A DNA stretch of 64,000 nucleotides from an uncultured Desulfospira sp. (GCA_963663165.1 OY760175.1:1088001-1152000), one strand, 5' to 3'; counted from the stretch's first letter, positions 1-9,432 are shown. Numbers and translations: made by a program. Notes: generated from the letters alone by a model not told the origin.

Positions 1-1317
1 CAGGTTATCCCGAAAACCTTGATTCACAAGGCCATTGAATCCGACGAACCCATCACCTTTTACGGAACCGGCGCCATTGAGGCCCTGGCCCTGGACCAGT
101 TCAACGAATACACCTACCCCATTCCAAAAGAAGAAGGCGGCACGGAAATCCACATGATGTGGACCGACACCCCCTGCCGCATCACCTGCTGGAACGGCGG
201 TAACGAAACCCAGCTAGCCCTGCGAAACCCCAAAATCGAGACCATTGTCTCCCAGCACCCCTGGCTGGAAAATGACTGCATTTACTCGGACATCATCCTG
301 CCCGCCAACACCTATATGGAGGTGGATGACTTTTTAACCAATATCCGCCAGGGCACCCAGCAGCCCAACATGATGATTGCCGATAAAGCCATTGAGCCCA
401 TCGGGGAATCCAAAAGCGATTTTGAAATCGTTGTGGAAATCGCCAAAAAGCTCGGATATGAAGAAGAGGTTACCGGCGGCCAGTCTATAAAAGACATGCA
501 AAAGAAAATCTGGGGCTACATGGACGGCGAGAAGCTGGTTCCCTGGGAACAGCTTGAGGAAAAGAAATACTGGATGTACAACACGGCCAAAGACTGGGAA
601 AAAGACCCGGCCGGATTTGAGATGTTTGCCAAAAATCCGGAAGCCAGCCCCCTGCCCACCCCATCCGGCAAGCTTGAATTCTACTCTGAAAGCCTGGCCA
701 AAAACTTTCCCCATGATCTGGAAAGGCCCCCGATTCCCAAATGGATTGAAAAAAGTGCCATGCATGACGAGAGGCTGTCCAGCCACCGGGCCAAAATGTT
801 CCCGCTGCTGCTCATGTCCAACCACGGCAGATGGCGGGTCCATTCCCAGTGCGATGATATTACCTGGACAAGGGAGGCACCGACCTGCAAGGTCACCGGA
901 CCGGACGGCTATAAATATGAACCCGTATGGATTCACCCGTCTGAAGCTGAAAAAAGAGGCATCAAAAACGGTGATATTGTTAAAGTCTACAATGAACGGG
1001 GAATTGTACTGGCCGGAGCCTATGTCACGGAACGGCTGCGGCCCGGCGTGGTCTATATGGACCACGGGGCCCGGCATGACCCCATCAAAACCGGAGAAAT
1101 CGAACGGGGCGGCGCCATAAACACGATTTCCCCTGCCGGGATTACCTCGGCCAACTGTGTGGGCCAGGCCACATCCGGCTACCTGGTGCAGGCGGAGCGG
1201 CTTTCCGGCGAAGAGATGGACCAGTGGCGCAGGGAATTTCCCGAGGCTTTTGCCCGGGAATATGATGCGGCCGCAGGGTTGAGATTTGATGCATGGATAG
1301 AGGGAGGGAGCAAATAA
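1..1317 (+). CDS. Mo/W-bisPGD oxidoreductase large subunit, transhydroxylase-related divergent clade (5' part outside the window)
   Basis: Frame is open from base 1 (QVIPKTLIHK...). It has DIILPA, IEPIGESKSDFEI, TPSGKLEFYS and a C-terminal molydop-binding domain, and is colinear with the C-terminal half of 61026..63635. Confidence 0.93.
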   Translation, partial: QVIPKTLIHKAIESDEPITFYGTGAIEALALDQFNEYTYPIPKEEGGTEIHMMWTDTPCRITCWNGGNETQLALRNPKIETIVSQHPWLENDCIYSDIILPANTYMEVDDFLTNIRQGTQQPNMMIADKAIEPIGESKSDFEIVVEIAKKLGYEEEVTGGQSIKDMQKKIWGYMDGEKLVPWEQLEEKKYWMYNTAKDWEKDPAGFEMFAKNPEASPLPTPSGKLEFYSESLAKNFPHDLERPPIPKWIEKSAMHDERLSSHRAKMFPLLLMSNHGRWRVHSQCDDITWTREAPTCKVTGPDGYKYEPVWIHPSEAEKRGIKNGDIVKVYNERGIVLAGAYVTERLRPGVVYMDHGARHDPIKTGEIERGGAINTISPAGITSANCVGQATSGYLVQAERLSGEEMDQWRREFPEAFAREYDAAAGLRFDAWIEGGSK

Positions 1318-2135
1318 TGAAAGCATTTTTTCTGGATTTATCCGTATGCAACGGCTGCTACTGCTGCCAGATTGCCTGCAAGGACGAACATGTGGCCAAT
1401 GACTGGACCCCCTACGCCAAACCCCAGCCCGACACCGGACAGTTCTGGATCGGCATCACCGAACTGGTCCGGGGCCAGGTGCCCAAGGTCAAGGTCACCT
1501 ATATTCCTAAAATGTGCCACCACTGCGATGATGCCCCCTGTATGGAACAATGCGCCTATGACGCCATTGAAAAGCGGCCAGACGGCCTGGTGCTTATCCT
1601 GCCGGACAAATGTACGGGGTGCAAGCTGTGCCGGGACGCTTGTCCCCATGATGCCATTTACTTTAATGAAGACCTGAACATTGCCCAGAAATGCACGGGC
1701 TGCGCCCATTTGCTGGACAATGACGATGATTGGGAAGTGCCCCGCTGTGTGGACCAGTGTCCTACTGATGCCTTAAGGTTCGGCGAGGAATCTGATTTTG
1801 CCGACTTTATCAAAGATGCCGAACCCATCAACCCCGCAGCCGGGACCAAATCACGGGTATATTACAAGAACCTGCCCAAAAAATTTGTGGCCGGCACCGT
1901 GTATGACCCGGTTGAGAAAGAGGTGATCATCGGGGCGGCCTGCACCCTTAAAGACAACGACTCCAAAGAACAGTTCACAGCGGTGACGGATAACTTCGGC
2001 GACTTCTGGTTCAGAAAGCTTGCCGATGACCGGACTTTTACCCTGAACATTGAAAAGGACGGGGCAAAGAAAGTGATTGAGAATATTGTCACGGATAAGG
2101 ACCTTTGCCTTGGGGACATTCCTATGGAAGGATGA
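1317..2135 (+). CDS. 4Fe-4S dicluster small subunit with C-terminal beta-sandwich domain
   Basis: TAATG stop/start overlap at 1315-1319. Motifs CNGCYCCQIAC, CHHCDDAPC, CTGCKLCRDACP, CTGC..RCVDQCP; 272 aa. Confidence 0.95.
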   Translation: MKAFFLDLSVCNGCYCCQIACKDEHVANDWTPYAKPQPDTGQFWIGITELVRGQVPKVKVTYIPKMCHHCDDAPCMEQCAYDAIEKRPDGLVLILPDKCTGCKLCRDACPHDAIYFNEDLNIAQKCTGCAHLLDNDDDWEVPRCVDQCPTDALRFGEESDFADFIKDAEPINPAAGTKSRVYYKNLPKKFVAGTVYDPVEKEVIIGAACTLKDNDSKEQFTAVTDNFGDFWFRKLADDRTFTLNIEKDGAKKVIENIVTDKDLCLGDIPMEG

Positions 2136-2190
2136 GGGATGAAGGATGAAAATGCGGTTCGCCGGTTTCATCCTTTTCGCAAATCAATAT

Positions 2191-2236
2191 AGGGCCGGCT
2201 TGTGAGGTTACCCTCAAGCCGGCCTTTATTTTATTT
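2191..2236 (+). terminator. Intrinsic terminator hairpin
   Basis: AGGGCCGGCTTG...CAAGCCGGCCTT followed by a T-rich run, downstream of the operon. Confidence 0.7.
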
Positions 2237-2624
2237 AAAAGGTAGTAAAACAGGCCCTGTATAATCGTTATTCTTGATGATTGAAGGGCTGCCCGGATAT
2301 ACAGAAGGTTGAGTAAAAAGTGTTGCTTTTCCAGGGTTTAATCAAAGGCCGGAGTTTAATATATTAAATTTACTGGTGGCGTTTCCAGGCAGGCACAATA
2401 TATGGTGATCGGATAATTTCAGAAAAATCGTTCAATCATACCAGTAAAAACCTTTTGAAAATCTATATTATGATAGGGCACTTGAAATAGGTTCATTATT
2501 AATAAACAGCTAATTAAAATAAAAAAAAATTTGCATCTAACACTAACATTTTCCTGATATTGATGAATTTAGTATGAAATCATGTTTAGCAATTTGGGGA
2601 ATAAAAGTATTCTTAGGAAAAAGA

Positions 2625-3338
2625 ATGTTGAAAACTATTATTTTATTCACGACTATTTTTCTTTGTGCGACAAGCTCGAAAGCAGCTATTGTTAATTTTA
2701 ATTTTACAGGACACGTTGTCGACGGATCTATTAACTCACCTCATCGAGAAGGAGGGAGTGGATATTTTGGAGAAAGCTATTTAGGATCAATTTCTTATGA
2801 TACAGAGGGTGCTGAATTACTGAGTGGGTTAAATGGTCGATATTACTATACCCTACCTATAGCTGCATTCAACATTGCATTCTCAGAGACAAAGCTTAGG
2901 TATTTTGGCACCACTGATGGAGAGAACTCATCTCTTCATGTCATCGTATGGAATGATTACGAATCAGATTTTCCTCTTGTGCACATACCAAAACAAGACA
3001 GGTATGAGTTTTCATTTGTTTTCAACCAAACAAGTATCTTTCGATTTTTAGCATTAGATTTTGCGCTTATGGATGGAGAATATGATACTTCACTTATTGA
3101 ATCCGCTGAAATTCCTAATGACATTAGCTCCTTGATTGGATTCGAGTCCTATCATATGCATTATACTCATTACGATGGAATCACATATAGTTACGGGACT
3201 TCAGGTGTTGGAAATACCCCTTTTCCCGCCGTTCCACTGCCAGCATCTTTTTTATTGATGGGTGTTCCTCTTTTCTTTGGATTTTGTCTAAAGAAAGGTC
3301 GAAAAGAAGGGGCTCAGAGAAAAAAACGATTCATTTAG
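2625..3338 (+). CDS. Secreted protein with VPLPA/PEP-CTERM-type sorting signal
   Basis: Signal-peptide-like MLKTIILF...SKAA. C-terminus AVPLPASFLLMG + hydrophobic stretch + KKGRK. AT-rich DNA. Start set at the ATG after AGGA. Confidence 0.8.
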   Translation: MLKTIILFTTIFLCATSSKAAIVNFNFTGHVVDGSINSPHREGGSGYFGESYLGSISYDTEGAELLSGLNGRYYYTLPIAAFNIAFSETKLRYFGTTDGENSSLHVIVWNDYESDFPLVHIPKQDRYEFSFVFNQTSIFRFLALDFALMDGEYDTSLIESAEIPNDISSLIGFESYHMHYTHYDGITYSYGTSGVGNTPFPAVPLPASFLLMGVPLFFGFCLKKGRKEGAQRKKRFI

Positions 3339-3562
3339 CTGAGTTTGGCTTCGAAAGATATGAGGATGAAAAAGAAGACTATTTCATATATGATTCATGG
3401 TATTGACTATGTCTATTAGTCCTGGTTTTTTTGGAAAACCATTCAACCCCAATATCTTGTGCTGCTTTGAAAGGTCAAGAATCAAGTCTATAGAACATAA
3501 AATTGATCAGACAATCATGGTGTGATGGGGTTCTTTCAGGGAGTGAAAGCCCTTTGCAAAAA

Positions 3563-3614
3563 CCGCCGGCAGGAACGAACGTCTAAAACAGACGATCCCC
3601 CTGCCGGCGGAAAA
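3563..3614 (-). terminator. Hairpin downstream of gntR
   Basis: CCGCCGGCAGG...CCTGCCGGCGG inverted repeat with an A-run on the left. Confidence 0.55.
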
Positions 3615-3644
3615 TATATTTGATACAGCAGGAAAAGCCGCAGG

Positions 3645-4310
3645 TCAGGCCCGCTGGGGCTTTTTTTGATCGAAAATGAGGGGGAACAGATTTTCTTTGG
3701 ACAAATCGCTGTGTTCTTTGACCAGCTTTTTGGCATTATGAACGTCTCTTTTGGCAATGGCTGAGAAAAGGGCGTCATGCTCATCAACGATTTCCAGCAA
3801 GCGCTTGGATTCCAGGTGTTCGGTCCTGAACCGTAAAAAGATCCGCTGATAAATTTCTGTATAAAAATCTTTGTAATACAGGTTGGCGGCCATTTCGCCA
3901 ATGGCGGCATGGAAATTCATATCCAGCGCAAACACATGCCGGTGCTGCCGTTCTTTTACCGATGAGGCGTACATATTTTTCCGGTCTTCAATATGTTTGA
4001 TGCCTTCAGGGGTGGCCTTCTCAATTGCCTTCTCGATGATCCCGAGATCAAGGATCAGCCGGATCTCATAAAGGGAATCGGCCTCTTCCCGTGTCAGTTT
4101 ATGCACGGAATATCCCTGGTTGGGGATAAAGTCAAGATACCCTTCCTTGGCCAGAATGGACAAGGCGTTGTTTACCGGTGTCCTGCTGACGCCGAGTTCT
4201 TTGGCCAGGTCAACAAAGACAAGCCGCTGGCCCGGCACGATATCATAGTTGAGCATCATCTGCTTGATATCGTCGTAGACCCGCAGGGTTAAATTTTTTT
4301 GTTCAGGCAT
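3645..4310 (-). CDS. GntR-family (FCD) transcriptional regulator
   Basis: wHTH LAKELGVSRTPV; FCD motifs DMNFH and EHDALF. Confidence 0.95.
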   Translation of the reverse strand: MPEQKNLTLRVYDDIKQMMLNYDIVPGQRLVFVDLAKELGVSRTPVNNALSILAKEGYLDFIPNQGYSVHKLTREEADSLYEIRLILDLGIIEKAIEKATPEGIKHIEDRKNMYASSVKERQHRHVFALDMNFHAAIGEMAANLYYKDFYTEIYQRIFLRFRTEHLESKRLLEIVDEHDALFSAIAKRDVHNAKKLVKEHSDLSKENLFPLIFDQKKPQRA

Positions 4311-4367
4311 TCAAATTCTCCCATTGTAGGGCATTACAAAAAACGGATGATATGCGGCGACCTCATC

Positions 4368-4401
4368 TTGCATACAACAAGTATGTTATATTTTACATAC
4401 A
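4368..4401. promoter_or_regulatory. Candidate GntR autoregulatory operator
   Basis: TTGCATACAA (4368-4377) and palindrome GTATGT-N8-ACATAC (4381-4400). Shares TTACATACA with the sites at 8067 and 63736. Confidence 0.55.
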
Positions 4402-4689
4402 TGCCCGATGACGAATCCCTCTTTTTTCCCCGGCATCTGCCGAACTGCAAACCCCGGAAAATTTTCAGCAGGATTTAAGCGTTTAATCCGTCAAAAACGA
4501 AACGATTCCGGCTTGTTTAACACAATACTTAGAACTTTGCCAGAGTTTTTACAGACTGACAACAGGCTTGATATGCAAAAACAGTACCTGTTGTTAAGAC
4601 TGAAGGCTGAAGACCGAAGGTTTAACGTATATTAACCATCTTTTACAATTCACGTTCAGTCTAAACACCTTCAGCCTATTTACCTTAAT

Positions 4690-5469
4690 TTAGCCTTTTT
4701 CAAACCTGAAGGTCTGATCCGGATCAACCACAGCCAGCACCCTTACAATGCAGCCGTCGCCTTCGACCCAGCGCCACGGGAAGGCCATGAAAAAACAGCG
4801 TTTGCCCGTGACTTTATCCAGGTCGCCGCCCACGTTTTCAATTCCCGGGATCCCGCCTTTGCACATCAGGTTTTTATGGCCCGGTTCCCAGTCCGGGAAA
4901 TCTTCCATGGGATCACGGCCGGTAAACTTTTTGTATTCTTCAATCAGATGGGGCTGGGAAGGTCCCAAACCATGGTCCACCAGTTTGGTGGCAATGGGGT
5001 GGTCATTGGCCTGGCAGCCGTACCCGACACATTTGATCTTCTTGTCCACCAGCCACTGGGCACCGGCACCGGAGATCCCGCAGCCATAGGCGAAATAGTC
5101 ATCACAATCAGCCCATTGATGATGGAAACCGGTATTGATCATGACCATATCCCCTTCCTGGATGGCCGGGGTGGCGGCTTCCAGATCTTCCGGGGTGATC
5201 ACCCCCCATTTGCCCTTGGGGATGGAAACGGCCACACCGGTGCCGCAAAGGCGCCACAGGGGATAATCGCTGATGCCGGGTGTATTTTCAGTCACATGAA
5301 TAGGGGCATCCATATGGGTACACCGGTGCATGATGCCTTCCCAGTTGACCTGGTAAACCCCGTCTTTTGCATGGAATTTGTTGACCGTTACATTCACGCC
5401 GGGTGAAGACGGCCATTCAGGCATATGCTGATGAAACGAATGACTTAAGTTGTATATTTCAAGACTCAT
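4690..5469 (-). CDS. Cyclase/kynurenine-formamidase-family metal hydrolase
   Basis: HRCTHMDAPIH (variant of HxGTHxDxPxH), GDMVMINTG, GIENV, DGCIVRVLA. Confidence 0.9.
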   Translation of the reverse strand: MSLEIYNLSHSFHQHMPEWPSSPGVNVTVNKFHAKDGVYQVNWEGIMHRCTHMDAPIHVTENTPGISDYPLWRLCGTGVAVSIPKGKWGVITPEDLEAATPAIQEGDMVMINTGFHHQWADCDDYFAYGCGISGAGAQWLVDKKIKCVGYGCQANDHPIATKLVDHGLGPSQPHLIEEYKKFTGRDPMEDFPDWEPGHKNLMCKGGIPGIENVGGDLDKVTGKRCFFMAFPWRWVEGDGCIVRVLAVVDPDQTFRFEKG

Positions 5470-5490
5470 TTTTATTCTCCATTCAATAGA

Positions 5491-6294
5491 TTATTTACCG
5501 GCGTCAATGCGGCAGTTCCCGGAAGGGTCAATCATGGCAACAAACCGTACGGGACAGGCATCCCCGTATTTAAATTTCCAGGGCGTGGCCACGAAGGTCG
5601 CCCGTTTGCCGGCAAGCACATCCACATCGCCCCCCACCTGTTCCACTGTGGGGATTCCGGCACTCAACAGGGTTTTATGGGCCACATTCCAGTCGGGATG
5701 TTCCTTTTTGGGATCTTTGCCCGTGGCTTTGGTGTAGGCCTGAACCAGGCGGTTCATCTGGGGGCCGCCCCGGTGGGGTCCTAAAGACGTGGCCAGGGGA
5801 TGATCCACCTGGGGGGTGTCCACGGCCACCAGTTTACAATTCTTATCCACCAGCCATTTGGCCGCATCAGCGGTAAGGCCCGGGGATTCGCCAAAATATT
5901 CAAGGGCATCGGAATATTTGTGATGCCATCCGGTCAGGATCACCACAATGTCCCCGTCTTTTACGCCCGGGGATGCGGCTTCAAGATCTTCGGCCGTGAT
6001 GGTTTCCCAGCTTGTCTTGGGGATATTTAATACCACCCCGTTTCCGAAAAAACGGTCTTCGGGGATTTCAGACAGGTCTGCCGCGCGCTGAACCAGGTGA
6101 ATGGGGGCATTCATATGGGTTCCGGTATGCATCAATGTGCTGATTTTCCAGGCCAGGACACCATGCTGGGCATGTTTAACGCCCCTAACCATTTTCACAT
6201 CTTCCTGTCCCGGATAGGACGGAACGCCATGGCCCCACTCATGGCTCAATTCAACCAGTTGTAATCCTGAATAAGGATCGGATACCATTGTCAT
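5491..6294 (-). CDS. Cyclase/kynurenine-formamidase-family protein (D to N variant)
   Basis: HTGTHMNAPIH, VAVDTPQVDH, DACPVRFVA. Confidence 0.9.
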   Translation of the reverse strand: MTMVSDPYSGLQLVELSHEWGHGVPSYPGQEDVKMVRGVKHAQHGVLAWKISTLMHTGTHMNAPIHLVQRAADLSEIPEDRFFGNGVVLNIPKTSWETITAEDLEAASPGVKDGDIVVILTGWHHKYSDALEYFGESPGLTADAAKWLVDKNCKLVAVDTPQVDHPLATSLGPHRGGPQMNRLVQAYTKATGKDPKKEHPDWNVAHKTLLSAGIPTVEQVGGDVDVLAGKRATFVATPWKFKYGDACPVRFVAMIDPSGNCRIDAGK

Positions 6295-6462
6295 AACAAC
6301 CTCTACTTTTGTTAGGTAAATAGGTTTAAGGCTCTTCCCTTAAAGAGAAGCACCCCCTTTGGGATTATAGCCTTTTAAATAACATAATGATCTAAATTAC
6401 ATTGTCATGTTTGCAGCGCAAACTTTTGTTTCAAGCCCGGGTTCTGCCCTGATGCCGCCCCC

Positions 6463-7686
6463 TTACAAGGACAGCACCTGGATCAGTGCGGTTTCCCCTT
6501 TGGCAAGTTTTTCCCGGCCTTCGGGGATGACGGCCACGGCCGTAGCATCAGCCATGGACTGAAGGCGCGCCCGTGATTTTAAGGGTTCAAATTCAAGGCC
6601 CTTTTCGCCTGCAGTGGTTTTTCCAAAGAAAAACCGGGTCCAGTTCCGGGGGCCCCAGTTGAGTTCAACGGCCATTACGGCCGGCACTTTGGGAAGCCCT
6701 GGGTTAAGGCACCCCGAAAGTCTTTCAAGGCCCGGCAGGGCGATCTGCAAAAACCCCATGAGATTGGATGGCGGCCCGCCGGGCAGGATAAATACAGGCG
6801 TATCCTTTCTCATGCCGAATCCCACAGCCTTCCCCGGTCCAATGCGAATCCGGTGAAAGGCCTTTTGCCACCCAAGGTCTGACAAAATTCTGGCCACAAG
6901 ATCCCGGTCCCCGGTCCAGGCACCGCCGGAGGTGACCACGGCATCACAGGATTCAAAGGCCGTTTCAAGGGCCTTTTTAATGACGGCTGGATCATCTTTT
7001 GCCGTAACCAAGATGGTTTCCATGCCCAAATGCCGGCAAAAAGCACTTAAGGTGACCATGTTACTGGCGTATAATTTACCTTCAGCCAGGGGCTTTCCCG
7101 GGGCCACCACCTCATCGCCGGTGGCCAGGACAGCCACCTTTGGCCGTTGATAAACCGGCACCTCACTGAATCCTGAAGCCGCCATAATCCCGGCAAGACC
7201 GGGGGATACCCGAAGGCCCTTTTGGGCCACGCAGTCTCCCTTCTGGACATCAGAACCCATGAGCATGATGTTCCGGCCGGGTTCAGCCACCGCTTTGGCA
7301 CTGATGCAGCCGTCACACAGATCGGCAAATTCCTCTGACAGCACGGCATCGGCCCCGTCAGGAATTCTGGCCCCGGTCAGAATCCGCATGGCAGCGCCCG
7401 GTGAAAGGCGGCAGGGTTTGTCCCCCCCGGCAGCGGAACAGGTGTCCATGAGAGGCAAGGTTACCGGCTGATCCGGCCCGGCACCGTCCAGATTCGCAGA
7501 CACCACGGCATAACCATCTTTAAGGGACGCATCAATGGAAGGGGAATTTACTCTTGACACCATGGGGGCGGCCACCACACGACCGGTACTCTGCGCTAGG
7601 GGCACCACTTCTTTTCCCAAAGGCCGGACGGTCTCAAGGGTAATCTTCAACGCCTCTTCAAACCCCATGGGCAGCCATGGAATCAT
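6463..7686 (-). CDS. moeA: Molybdopterin molybdotransferase
   Basis: SLKDGYAV, RILTGARIPDGADAV, ATGDEV, TSGG, LPGGPPS. Confidence 0.93.
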   Translation of the reverse strand: MIPWLPMGFEEALKITLETVRPLGKEVVPLAQSTGRVVAAPMVSRVNSPSIDASLKDGYAVVSANLDGAGPDQPVTLPLMDTCSAAGGDKPCRLSPGAAMRILTGARIPDGADAVLSEEFADLCDGCISAKAVAEPGRNIMLMGSDVQKGDCVAQKGLRVSPGLAGIMAASGFSEVPVYQRPKVAVLATGDEVVAPGKPLAEGKLYASNMVTLSAFCRHLGMETILVTAKDDPAVIKKALETAFESCDAVVTSGGAWTGDRDLVARILSDLGWQKAFHRIRIGPGKAVGFGMRKDTPVFILPGGPPSNLMGFLQIALPGLERLSGCLNPGLPKVPAVMAVELNWGPRNWTRFFFGKTTAGEKGLEFEPLKSRARLQSMADATAVAVIPEGREKLAKGETALIQVLSL

Positions 7687-7760
7687 AAAATTTATCCTTC
7701 AGCCGGCATGTCTAAGGCAATCCCGGCTGTTTGGTATTGGTTCTTAACAGGGTATAAGGG

Positions 7761-7955
7761 TCAGGCCGGTACAGCCTCAGAGGCATGGGTTTCAACCGCC
7801 CTTTCTTTAATTTCCCAGCTGACGCCCCGCCGGCGGGCCGAGTCGCTGACATAGGCTTCGGCGTCCTGTTTTGTCATGAATACTTTATCCAGATGTCCGC
7901 AACCGCAAGCCCCGCACTGCATGGGGTCAAACCGCACAACCACGTAGACTTTCAT
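7761..7955 (-). CDS. Small hypothetical protein with CxxCxCxH motif
   Basis: 64 aa, AAAGGGGA RBS, co-oriented directly upstream of moeA. Confidence 0.7.
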   Translation of the reverse strand: MKVYVVVRFDPMQCGACGCGHLDKVFMTKQDAEAYVSDSARRRGVSWEIKERAVETHASEAVPA

Positions 7956-8066
7956 AACATCCCCTTTTTAGATGAAAGTCTTGCTAACCAGCCAAACAGA
8001 CTTTCATTTTTCATTGTGGACCGATACCCGGTTGGATAACACAAGACGGTCCATGACCGCTATCGC

Positions 8067-8084
8067 TATGCAAAATTACATACA
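8067..8084. promoter_or_regulatory. 18-bp operator candidate, copy 1
   Basis: TATGCAAAATTACATACA, identical to 63736-63753, about 110 bp upstream of the 7955 start. Confidence 0.7.
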
Positions 8085-8172
8085 CTTTAGCATGCAATAC
8101 CCCCCAGAGCAATCTTTTTTTAAAAGACCTTGAATGATCACGGGTATTTGTAGAAACCTTGATTCCAAGGTT

Positions 8173-9432
8173 TTACCCGGGAATTTGCGCCATGGTGCTG
8201 GCCGGAACGATATCCACCTTTTTTCTGAGTTTGGGAAGCTCTTGTTCAAGGGCCTGGAGGGTGGCTTTATAGGGATGACCGATGCCCAGGGCGGTGCCGT
8301 GTTTTTCAGCCAGATCAATTAGCCGGTTCAACTGTTTTGATATATACGTTACATTCTGGAAATTATCCAAAAACACATCCCGGTGGGCAAAAGGCAGCTG
8401 CAATAGCCGGGCGGACGCCAGGCATTTTGACCTGCCCGATGTCAGGGAATCCACAAAAAACAGGTTCTTTTTTTTCAGGATGGTAAAAATTTGATTCATC
8501 TGGTCTTCCCGGGTGGTCAACCGTGAGCCCATATGGTTGTTCACCCCCACGGCCATGGGGATCTGATTGATATTTTTGGTCAACTTTGAAATCAGTTGAT
8601 CCGGGTTCATGGAAACCAGTAAAGCATCCGGGCCAGGGTCAATTTTGGGATATTCCACCGGCTCCATGGGCAGGTGAAGCATGATCTGGGCCCCTTTCCG
8701 GCTTAAATCCTCGGCAATGGCGCGGCCATAGGGGGCCCCCGGGAGAACTGAAAAAGTAATGCCCGGTTCCAGGTTAAACAGGGCATAGGCCAGATCAATA
8801 TCATACCCGATATCGTCTATAATCAGGCAGATTTTAGGGGAATGATCCGGCGGCAGCACCATTTCAGGCCGTTTGGCGGGCGTTTTCCGGGGGGGCTCCA
8901 CCTTCTCGAAGACCTCATACACAAACTCCTTGCCTGTTTTTTCCTTGAGGCCGGCAAGTTTTGTTTTAGTCTCCAGTTCTTCGATGGGGGGAACGGCCGG
9001 TTTTCTGACCGGTTCAGGTTCCTTGGGAGGGGTTGCCGGTGCAGAGGGCTTAACGGTTTTGACGGTCTGTTTAATTTGCCTGGGCGGCTCACCAGGCCCG
9101 GTGTTAAAAACAATATCCAGGACCATGGCCGTTGTCAGGCAGATGGCGGACAGGGCCATGATCCCAATGAGAACCTTTTTTAACTCATGGGCCAGTTGGG
9201 GGGACGTTTGCTTTTTACCGGTCCGGCCGGCTCTTTTTTGTTTTCCGACCAGGCCGGGCCTTGCCGTTGCAGCGGGTTTTCTTCTGGGGGCCGTTTTTTG
9301 GGTACCGCCGGATTTCCGGGTTCCGGACGCCTTTGCCGGGGAACGGGTTTTGCCGGCGGTTCTGCCGGGGGTTTTACTGGTGGTCCCGCTGGTGGTTCCG
9401 CTGGTGGTTCCGGCCTTGTTTTTACTTGCCAT
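8173..9432 (-). CDS. Divergent polysaccharide deacetylase (YibQ-like), membrane anchored
   Basis: LIIDDIG, MLHLPMEP, GVNNHMGS, FFVDS, RDVFLD, IGHP. Basic low-complexity N-terminus and one TM helix. Confidence 0.92.
   Translation of the reverse strand: MASKNKAGTTSGTTSGTTSKTPGRTAGKTRSPAKASGTRKSGGTQKTAPRRKPAATARPGLVGKQKRAGRTGKKQTSPQLAHELKKVLIGIMALSAICLTTAMVLDIVFNTGPGEPPRQIKQTVKTVKPSAPATPPKEPEPVRKPAVPPIEELETKTKLAGLKEKTGKEFVYEVFEKVEPPRKTPAKRPEMVLPPDHSPKICLIIDDIGYDIDLAYALFNLEPGITFSVLPGAPYGRAIAEDLSRKGAQIMLHLPMEPVEYPKIDPGPDALLVSMNPDQLISKLTKNINQIPMAVGVNNHMGSRLTTREDQMNQIFTILKKKNLFFVDSLTSGRSKCLASARLLQLPFAHRDVFLDNFQNVTYISKQLNRLIDLAEKHGTALGIGHPYKATLQALEQELPKLRKKVDIVPASTMAQIPG

Noticed and set aside
334..1326. 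330-aa antisense ORF and similar long shadows (37968..39137, 61266..61934)
   Set aside because: They lie opposite well-supported genes and show no recognisable motifs; expected from codon bias.
9377..9412. 3 x 12-bp repeat as a contingency locus
   Set aside because: In-frame low-complexity linker (GTTS repeats); length change would not switch expression.
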